DNA from: Trypanosoma brucei
Taxonomy: Eukaryota
Length of the DNA stretch: 64,000 bases
Direction: 5' to 3'
Assembly: GCA_000002445.1 (NCBI GenBank)
Contig: CH464491.1
Location: 576,001 to 640,000, forward strand
Shown: piece by piece, positions 40,053 through 48,295 of the stretch
How the letters are laid out: every line of letters begins with the position of its first letter
Numbering within the stretch: position 1 is the stretch's first letter
Translations under genes and position numbers: made by a program
The notes under the pieces: model-generated
The model's input: the letters and a program-made list of their open reading frames with translations, nothing else
What the model was told of the DNA's origin: nothing
Databases searched by the model: none

Positions 40053-40705
40053 GGCAGGGGTTTTAGGGTTAGGATTGTTCGGTTTTGTGCGTGTAGAGCA
40101 CAATGGTGAAAATGGTGATAATAGTAAATAACAATAATAGCGTGAAATAAAGGGAAAGGAAGAGAATCTTTTTTCTTTTTTCGGTTTTTTTTTGTGTTTC
40201 GGTTGTTGTCTGTGATGCGATTCTTTTTATTCTCTTCTTAGTCGTGCTTTGGTGTGCGGTTGCGCTGGCGGAATATTACCCCCTTTCTCTTTCTCATTCT
40301 CATTCTCCTCCCACCTTACTTTTTTACTACCTTCTGGGAGGATACTGTTTTGAATCACTTGCATTCCTCTCCTTAACATTTCGATACGAGGTGTTTTTCT
40401 TTGCCTCTCGGCACTCCATTTACCCCTTTGATGTATGTCATTATTAACTCTACGCAGTAATTTCCCCATTTTTGAAATCTCTTTAATTATTATTCGTGTT
40501 TTTGTACTCCTCCACCATTATTATTTTCTCTTTGGTTTATATATAACACATTCACTGGGAGTGCGATTATTTAAGGAGAGCGAATAATACGGTAACAACT
40601 CGGCCAACACTAACGAATAAAAAAAAGGAAGGGAGCAAATTCAGACGCATCGAAAAGAAACGGGACTAAAAGCACTTATCATCTGTCTTCCCAAAGTTCA
40701 GCAAA

Positions 40706-40894
40706 ATGCTTCTAGGAGGTTTTGTTCCCCGCCGCTTCTCGCAGTTTAACCGCGACCCGTGTTGGATGTTCTTCATATTTTCTGTCGGCTTCTGGCTGGG
40801 CGAATATCCGGCGATGATGATCAAATATAATGCCCGTGACCTCGTGTATGACCCGCACCGGTACGTATGGTCCCACCATGACGACCATCACTAA
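40706..40894 (+). CDS. hypothetical small TM peptide (62 aa)
   Basis: ATG 40706 opens a reading frame with one hydrophobic helix (CWMFFIFSVGFWLGEYPAMMI) and a His/Asp-rich tail. It sits isolated in a gene-poor stretch, so its coding status is uncertain. Confidence 0.25.
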   Translation: MLLGGFVPRRFSQFNRDPCWMFFIFSVGFWLGEYPAMMIKYNARDLVYDPHRYVWSHHDDHH

Positions 40895-41014
40895 ACCCAG
40901 CTGCGTCCAAGGAGGGAAGGAGGAAAAAAAAAACAAACAAACAGACAAACTCTGAAGCTTACTGCAGTGAGTTAACCCGCCCGTTTTGTCTTTTTTATGT
41001 GATCATGCGTATAC

Positions 41015-41036
41015 ATATATATATATATATATATAT
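41015..41036. repeat. (AT)n microsatellite
   Basis: catatatatatatatatatatatatg. Confidence 0.9.
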
Positions 41037-41574
41037 GTGCGTTATTGCGTTTGTGTGTTTAGGGAAGTGGTACTTTGTTTCATTGAAGTGTAGAATGGAT
41101 GGGGTAATAGAAGTGTGCAGGTTTGGGGTGGAAGGTCAAAAGGGGACGAGGAGGGAAAAGAAGCCCTTAGAGTAACGGGAAGTGCTGTGTTTATTAGCGT
41201 ACACACAAATGCGCACAAACGCTACTGTTGCTGTGATTTTTATCGCCTCAATTTCACATTGTGGGCTCTTCCTTTGTTGCCTATGTGCTCGCCCTAGTTG
41301 TGCGTTGTTGTGGTGAAGCATTTGAGTGTGTAGTAGCCTCTGTAATAGTCGGTTGCTTATTTGTTCGTATGTGTATTGGTGTCTTCTCTGGGAGCCTCAC
41401 TTCCTCCTTTCGTTAATAAGTGATCATAATTTGTCCAAAGAAAAAATAAACCGTGAAAAAGACATAAAGGGGAAGAGAACAGCAACCGAACAAATAAGAG
41501 ATAGGGGTAGAGGGCAAAGAAGGAAAGAAAATATAAGGAGAAAAACAAAACAAAAATAACAACAACACATAGCC

Positions 41575-42300
41575 ATGTACAATAACGACTCGGCGGCAGG
41601 CGGCGACGCGTTGCAGGAGACTTGTGTGGACGCCATAACCAATATGGCGCGGCGCCTTGACCCCCAAGCACTCACAAAGGTTACCCAGTCGCTTCAGGAC
41701 ATGCTGGAGGAGAACCGTCAGCAGGTCGCGAACCGACGTGGCCGGGGGGGTTATCAGCAACACCAGCACCACCAGCAGCCACATCACTTCGGGCACCGTG
41801 GCAACGCGCGTCCGCCGCACGCAAATCGTCAATGGGGAAGCAACAATAACAGCAGGAACTACTATCAGTCTTCCAACGGTTACGATAACGGTAAATACCA
41901 GCGCGGTGGGCGTCCTCACCAGCACAACGACTGGAACGCGTCAAGTCGCCGCCATCAATCTCGGGGAGGTGGACGGGACTACGGTAACAGAGACGAAGAA
42001 CGGGTGTCAAACACAAACAGAGATCACAGTAACAGAGACGGGGACCGAAGCCCAGTCGCAGGCAACCGTTCTCCACCACGGGGACATCGGGAGGGAGCGG
42101 GTGCTCGCTCGAGTGGTCCCCACAACAGCAAAGTGGAGGAGGAAAATGAGCGGGGCGCGACCGAGAAACCATGTGAAGGGGGGAATGAGCGACCTCATCA
42201 CGGCCGGCACTGGGGCGGAGGTCGTGGAGCGGGTCGGGTCCGTCGCGGAGAGCGTCGACCCAACGGCCATAACGATGCCAAGGCAGATGGGCCTTCCTAA
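41575..42300 (+). CDS. R/G/H/Q/N-rich low-complexity protein (RGG-like)
   Basis: 241-aa ORF at ATG 41575 in the sense orientation. A roughly 50-aa helical N-terminus (MYNNDSAAGGDALQETCVDAITNMARRLDPQALTKVTQSLQDMLEENRQQ) is followed by RGG/HQ/N-rich repeats. Overlapping minus and alternative-frame ORFs arise from the same low complexity. Confidence 0.35.
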   Translation: MYNNDSAAGGDALQETCVDAITNMARRLDPQALTKVTQSLQDMLEENRQQVANRRGRGGYQQHQHHQQPHHFGHRGNARPPHANRQWGSNNNSRNYYQSSNGYDNGKYQRGGRPHQHNDWNASSRRHQSRGGGRDYGNRDEERVSNTNRDHSNRDGDRSPVAGNRSPPRGHREGAGARSSGPHNSKVEEENERGATEKPCEGGNERPHHGRHWGGGRGAGRVRRGERRPNGHNDAKADGPS

Positions 42301-43130
42301 GGTTGGGGTTGAGAGAAAAGTAGTTGGGGAATGCCTTCCATTTCTTCCCCACATAAATTATTTTTATTTCCTTTGGTCTACCAGTTTCTTCCTCCTTCCA
42401 CCCGCACATATATATATATATATGTATTTATATATACATATGTGCATACATATACTTCTGCATCTTATCACTCCTGGTTCTCTTACCAGCGGGCTCCGCA
42501 GAGAGGCCAAGAGGGAAAGGATGTGAGAAGAGATGGAAGCGGGAGGGAGACGCATAAGCCATCGCAGGTAAATAATGGGGGGGATGATAAACGTGTATCA
42601 CCTTTGCTTGACTATGTACATGGAGGTAATGTGTTTGTGTCTATGTGTGCGCTGAGAAGTAGGATTTGATGGAGGTAAGCGAAAGAAAGAAATAAAAAGG
42701 ATGACCCCTGCACTGGGTGGCATTTGAACTGACTGGTCCAATAGAAAGATGAGCTATGGGGAAAATGCGGTGGTGAGAAGTAAATAATGATGCAGGTGAG
42801 AACGAGAGAGGGCACAGCATAAATAGGAGAGGTAGTGAAAGGACTTAAAAGGGAGAACAGGTAAGAAGACACGTTCGCAGAGATGAAGGTAAATCCGATG
42901 GTGAAAATGAGCGGAAAGAAGCGGAACAAACAAGCGCACTGCGATGCAAACTTTCGATGTATTTGGTGCTTCTGCGATTGGAGAAAGGAAAAGATGGATT
43001 TAATGAATGTGTCAGTAGCATTTGTGGTTGGCCCACGTGTTTGAGGAGGAGAGTTGATAATATGCTAGTACAAAGCGACTTCGGCAACGGGAACCACTGG
43101 AAGAGAATCGATAGGAAGGCAAATGGACTT

Positions 43131-43151
43131 TGTGTGTGTGTGTGTGTGTGT
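43131..43151. repeat. (GT)n microsatellite
   Basis: tgtgtgtgtgtgtgtgtgtgt. A second imperfect (GT/GC)n lies at 43261-43290. Confidence 0.9.
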
Positions 43152-44192
43152 ATCCACCGCATTTCACCGGATTCCCTCCATGATTTGCCGCAGGCAAATC
43201 TCCATAACTTCCTATTTCCCCCCTCTTTATTTCCATTTCGTGTTTGTTTGTTTATTTGTCTGTGCGTGCGTGTGTGTGTGTGTGTGCGTGTCTTTGGTCC
43301 AGCCACTTTGTCTTAAGGGAGGTGATTAAGTCACTTTTTTTTTTTGCGCGTTGTTTTTATTCATTTCTTTTGTTTTGTTTTTGCGTAGCCGTGCGCCAAG
43401 CTGTCTGTTTGTGGGTAACTTTGCTTATCAATTTCGCTCATCTTGCGAAATGTGGAGGAAAGAAAATATGAAGGCTATTTTGTCCTTTGCATGTGTACGC
43501 ACGCGAACTGGCATGTCTCTTTGTTTTTTTAGGCCTTCACCTGGTCGGTGTCGTTGTGTTTTGGATCCGTTGTTTTCTCCACTTTGATTGTGTTTGATTT
43601 TTTTCTTCGGTTGTCCAGCAATGTTATCCTCTCTTTATTGTTGTCTTATCAAATGCGTTGATTCCCAGGCAATAAGCACGCGCCCGTGTTTGTTTGTTTG
43701 GTTGTTTTCCTTTTTTTTTTTTTAACAAGGCTGAGGCATGCAGGGTCGCTTCCAAGAAGGAGAAGGCGGTGAAGCTGCCGTGCCAATGGAGGAAAATGTT
43801 GAGATTATTTAAGTTGGTCCGACGGTGTTCAACCTCGCACGTCCCGCACATATATTTATTCATATATATTTACTTTGCTCAGCCCTACCCTTTTCCTTCA
43901 CTTCATTTGTTTACTCGTTCTGGTCATCTTTTCCCTCTCATTCCTTCAAAGTCGGCCTGGTGGCACTATTTATCATCACAACACGGACGTTTGCACGCAC
44001 GCATACACAAACAAACGAACGAACAAACAACCACGCAAAAGCACTAAAATACATACGTATATATTTATGTGTGCGTTTCGTTTAGTATCTTTTTCCGTGT
44101 TGATTTTACTTTTGCATGAATTTACGCACCCGTTTCTTCCCTCTCATTCCCCACCTCAATCAACTTCATAGTGATAACCAAGGAGATAGTTT

Positions 44193-44894
44193 ATGATGGC
44201 TGAATCAAGCGCGAAAGAGATGGAAGCGAATCAGGTTTCCGCGGCTGGCGATCAAACCGCTAAGGCTGATGATCGATATGTTATTATTGACAGGGGCGTT
44301 AAGCGACATTTGCTCAATCGCCCGTGGACACTTTGGTATGATTCGGTTTCTACGTATGATTGCAAACAATGGGAGCTTTCTCTTATCGAGGTGATGACGG
44401 TACGCACGGTGGAGGATTTCTTCGCGATGCTTCACTACTGTAAACCTCCCCATGTCCTCCGTGTTTCAGCACAGTACCATTTTTTCCGTGAGGGCGTTAA
44501 GCCAATGTGGGAGGATCCCAACAACAAAGCTGGTGGGAAGTTGTGGGTGAGCCTCGATGATAAAACCATGACGGACAAGAGTGGAGCTGCAGGTGGCGGA
44601 AAGACGAGAAAGGATAATGGTGCCGATGCGGATAAGAAACCAGAACTGGACACCGTTTGGGAAAATGTGCTCATAGCTCTGGTAGGTGAGTATCTTGATT
44701 ATGGTGTGGAGGGAGAACACATTATGGGTGTCGTGTTGACAAAGCGGAAATACTGCAATCGCATTGCGCTGTGGCTAAAAGACGCATCGGACTCCGACGC
44801 CGTTGCTGCCATTGAAAAGCAGTTGGTGAAGGAGGCGGGTTTATTACCCGCAACGAAACCCATCTTCACAGCCCATGGCGCTAGCAAGGCCTAA
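44193..44894 (+). CDS. eIF4E-family mRNA cap-binding protein
   Basis: 233-aa ORF. Conserved eIF4E blocks are present: RPWTLWYD (W-x-LW), VEDFFAMLHY, GVKPMWEDPNNKAGGKLW, WENVLIALVGE, IMGVVLTKRKYCNRIALW and the cap-binding Trp residues. An extra approximately 30-aa G/K/D-rich loop is inserted (TMTDKSGAAGGGKTRKDNGADADKKPELDT). Confidence 0.85.
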   Translation: MMAESSAKEMEANQVSAAGDQTAKADDRYVIIDRGVKRHLLNRPWTLWYDSVSTYDCKQWELSLIEVMTVRTVEDFFAMLHYCKPPHVLRVSAQYHFFREGVKPMWEDPNNKAGGKLWVSLDDKTMTDKSGAAGGGKTRKDNGADADKKPELDTVWENVLIALVGEYLDYGVEGEHIMGVVLTKRKYCNRIALWLKDASDSDAVAAIEKQLVKEAGLLPATKPIFTAHGASKA

Positions 44895-44945
44895 AGAGGA
44901 GAGGAGAGGAGGAGGAGGAGGAGGAGGAGAGGGAGGGGGGAAAAA
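44895..44945. repeat. polypurine (GAG/GGA)n tract
   Basis: agaggagaggagaggaggaggaggaggaggaggagagggaggggggaaaaag begins immediately after the eIF4E stop codon. Confidence 0.85.
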
Positions 44946-46479
44946 GAAAAGGGGAAGAAATAGATGTGTGAACCACAGGGATGTGGAGGGAAGAAGAGGG
45001 GAATTTACGCGCCTGTGGTTAAGAGAAGGTTGAAAAGAAAGGCAAAACAAGAGAGAAGGGAAATGTGAGAAATGTGTATGCATGTAAGTGTGCGCGATGT
45101 GTGTGGTGGGTGGTTTAGCTGATGCTTTAAAAGTTTCGAAGGTGTGCGCTGAAAACAGAGAAGTGCTGCGAGGGATAGAGGAGAAGATACATGAAGTTGA
45201 GAACAATGTCGAAAACAAAAACAAAATAAAAATGCGGGGGACCAGTTGGAGATTGGTGGGGTGAGGAAAGAAGAGACGTGAGGAGAGGGAAACGCTACAC
45301 AAAAATGGGTCTGAAAGACTTGTGGCTGTGAACAAGAATAAAAGACCTTAGATGATGCACCAGAGCTAAGGAGAAATGTCAGACGACTTACAGCACGCAC
45401 AGAGAACAATCAGAGTCAACATTCCGCATATATTTCTCTTGAATTTGGTTGTTGATTAATGGAGGACAATTCATTACAGGATGGAAAAGAAGATGTGTGT
45501 TTGTGTGTGGGAGAGAAAGGGAGAGGAGAAAAGAAAAGAAAAGAGACTTGTGTTTCCGTAGATTTCAACAACGGGAGAAGGAAGGAAGGAAGGAAGGAGG
45601 TTGCGAAATGTACGAAGAGTGACTCTCTTGATATATGAACGAGGCGGAAGGAACTGAAGCGAAGCGGCGCCATCGCAAAAAAAAAAAGAAAGAAAAGAGG
45701 GTCACTAGCGGCTGATTATGACGTTATTTCATGTGGAATGAAAGGGAAAACCGATAGGTATAAGAAGGTATGGATGTGCGTTTCTTCTTAAAACTTCGGC
45801 TCCCTCCACGGCGTACCACATAATAACGTTACATATTCGTCTAACTATTAATTTTTTTCTCTCTGTTCTCTTCACTTGTGTATTATACTGTGCTGTGTTG
45901 CGTTCCCACCTGAATGACAAGTTCCCCAATCTCCACTTTGTGCCTCACTATTTGTTACTAACAGAAGACAATCGGTGTGCGATGTGTTAAGAAACGCATG
46001 AACTCATCGAAAACTTTCGCTGTTGTAATATGAAAAGAGAGGAGGTAAAGAAAAGAAAAAAAAAGGAGAAATAAGAGATGTTATTGAACGAAGTACAATT
46101 GATAAGTGGGAGCTATGGGATTTTTTTTTTTTTGGGGGGGGCCGCAAACAAATGAAGATAATGGAGCGTACCGGTAATTTATGTGTGGAGAAGTAAAGAA
46201 ATGTCGGCTGAGTCGCGTGGTGCTTTTTCTCTTTTTTTTTGCTCTTTTTTTGTTTGGTTATGTTTCGCCTTTGTTGACTCTCAGTTATTTCATTACATTT
46301 ATTGGCGCTTTACTTCTCACTCTTTCCCTCCCTTAACTTCAGTCATCACAAAAGCCGTCTCCGTTTCATTTTCGCCAACTGGTAGTAAAAGAAGGAAACA
46401 AATGGTGAGGGAAAGGAGAGTGTAGAAACCAAAAATAAAAAAAAAGAGGGGAAGGGGAGAAAACAAAAAATAGTGGTGG

Positions 46480-46890
46480 GTTCCGCAGCGCTGACTTTTT
46501 GCATTCCTCTGTCACTTCTCTTTCTTTTGTTCTCTTTTCTTTTCTTTTCTTTTCTTTATTATTATTATTATTCTTCTTCTTCTTCATTCTTTCTCTTTCT
46601 CTTTTTCATATTTAACCACCGTTTTGTTACGCGCTTTCTTTGTTACTCCCACATTCCACATCCCTCTTCCCTTCTTTTTTCTTTTCCTTCTTTCGGTGGG
46701 TCTTTTTTCTTTTTTTTTTCCTTCGGTGTTCGCACTTGTGTTTTGCTGAAATATATTTATTTGTTTTTATCTTCTCTCTCTCTCTCTCTTTCCCTCCCTC
46801 CATCCTTTCCCAACCTCGTACCTCATCTAATTTCACACCATATGCACATTTTTGTGATTTTCTTTTTCATTTTCTTTTTATTTTATTTTA
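46480..46890 (+). repeat. extended pyrimidine-rich low-complexity region (CT/TTC/TTA repeats)
   Basis: About 400 nt is almost exclusively C/T on the + strand. It includes (TTCTT)n, (TTA)5(TTC)4 and (CT)8, and no ORF crosses it. It is typical of kinetoplastid UTR or intergenic sequence. Confidence 0.7.
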
Positions 46891-47210
46891 CGTGTATGTG
46901 CGTATGTGCTAGTGTTGGTGTTTGGTGGTGGTGGTGTGGGAGGTGAAGAAATAGATAAGGGAAGGGAAGGGAAAGCGGATGGTGGTGTATTTTGTGTCTC
47001 TTTGCTTGTGTTTTCCACGAGATGAAAATGTTATTAGGCATTAGGACACAATAAAAAGACGCGTGGGACATATTTGCAAAGACAAGTGCGGCACGTTTTG
47101 TGAAATAAATGTTCACTGGCTGCAGTTCCGCTTATGGCTTCCGTAATGATTGTGGTTGGTATTACTTTTCTTTCTGGTTCGTAAAGCTGTTTTGTTTTTA
47201 TTATTATTCC

Positions 47211-47276
47211 CCCCCCTTTTCCTTTTCCTTTTCCCTTCTTCTCCTCCTCCTCCTCCTTCCTCTTCCCTCCTTCTTT
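47211..47276. repeat. polypyrimidine (TCC/CCT)n tract
   Basis: cccccccttttccttttccttttcccttcttctcctcctcctcctccttcctcttccctccttctt. Confidence 0.85.
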
Positions 47277-48295
47277 GCGCTGTGCAGTTCTGGCTTTGTG
47301 TGTGGTTGTGTGTCTGTGGTGCATAAGCCTTGCATAACTGAATGAAATGAATGCAGGGCAAGAAATACCAAAAAAAAAAATAAAGAGAGAAGGAAGAAAG
47401 CAAGAAGAGCAGTTAGAGCAGTTGCTACCGTACACTTCATGTACCATAAGCAGCCTGTTAGCTTGACACCGAAAGTGGGCAGGAGTCATGAGACGGTCGA
47501 GGAAATTGGTTAACTTTTTCTCTTTTCTTTTCTTTTTAAATGAGTTGTTGTCGTGGTTGTTTATTGTGGCTTTTTCTTTTACTTTTTTTCTCGACTGGGT
47601 ATGTCCGAAGCAGGAAGATGGGAAGTATTGCCATCTTTTTCTTCCTTTTCTCTTGGCCTCTTTATTTATTATTGATTCGGCTTCATCGTCACCCTTTCAC
47701 GCGGTGTGAGTATGACGAAGGTGTGCGTGTCGCTGCAACCGGCGGAGTGGAAAATTATTTATTTATGCTTTTCTTTGCTTTCATTTACGATTCTCTTATT
47801 ACTACATGTACTGTAAAAAACTGTTCGTTTTCTTTCTTTTGCATTTCTCTTTTCTTCCATTGTCTTTCTTTTTTTTTTCGCTTGTTTTAAATTTTTATTG
47901 CTATATTATGCTCTCCCTGTTCCCTCCCTCCCCCAATAAGTAACCAAATTTATACACGCCAACTATCTGAGGCGGAGCAAAAATATTTGAGAAGAAACAA
48001 CAATTAAACATATTTCTTTTTTTTTTAAAAAAAAGAGAGGAAGAAAGCAAAGCCTGTAGGCAAGAGAGGAGGAAATCATTAGGAAGGAGAAACCAACAGG
48101 CCCCGTAAAAGATTTCCTCCTTTTTTTTTAAATTTCCAAAAAAGTGGCTTCTGTAAAAAGAAGCGTTTGTGTGCAGGTACGAAAGGTGTGTGGACAAAAA
48201 CTTGCGAGAGTAAACTCTGAGAGGGAGAGAAGGGGATTGTGTGTTTGGGACCAAAAGCAAGAGGTAATAGAGGAAAGGGGAAGGGATTAAAAAAT

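Noticed and set aside
40815-40900. Box C-like GATGATGA element that could mark a C/D snoRNA
   Set aside because: No matching downstream D box (CUGA) at a suitable distance, no terminal stem, and the element lies inside a plausible small ORF. This is insufficient for an RNA-gene call.
41413-42409. Minus-strand ORFs 41413-41925 and 41681-42409 and alternative + frame 41657-42526
   Set aside because: All derive from the same low-complexity G/C-rich repeat region as the RG-rich + ORF. Their translations are compositionally biased (V/T/P-rich) and they lie antisense or out of frame. I kept only the sense ORF, and that only at low confidence.
44844-47489. Minus-strand ORFs 44844-45335, 45005-45409 and 47034-47489 in the spacer after eIF4E
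   Set aside because: They are translations of polypurine/polypyrimidine low-complexity DNA (poly-P/S/L/F or G/K/E-rich). They lie antisense with no start context. They are chance ORFs.
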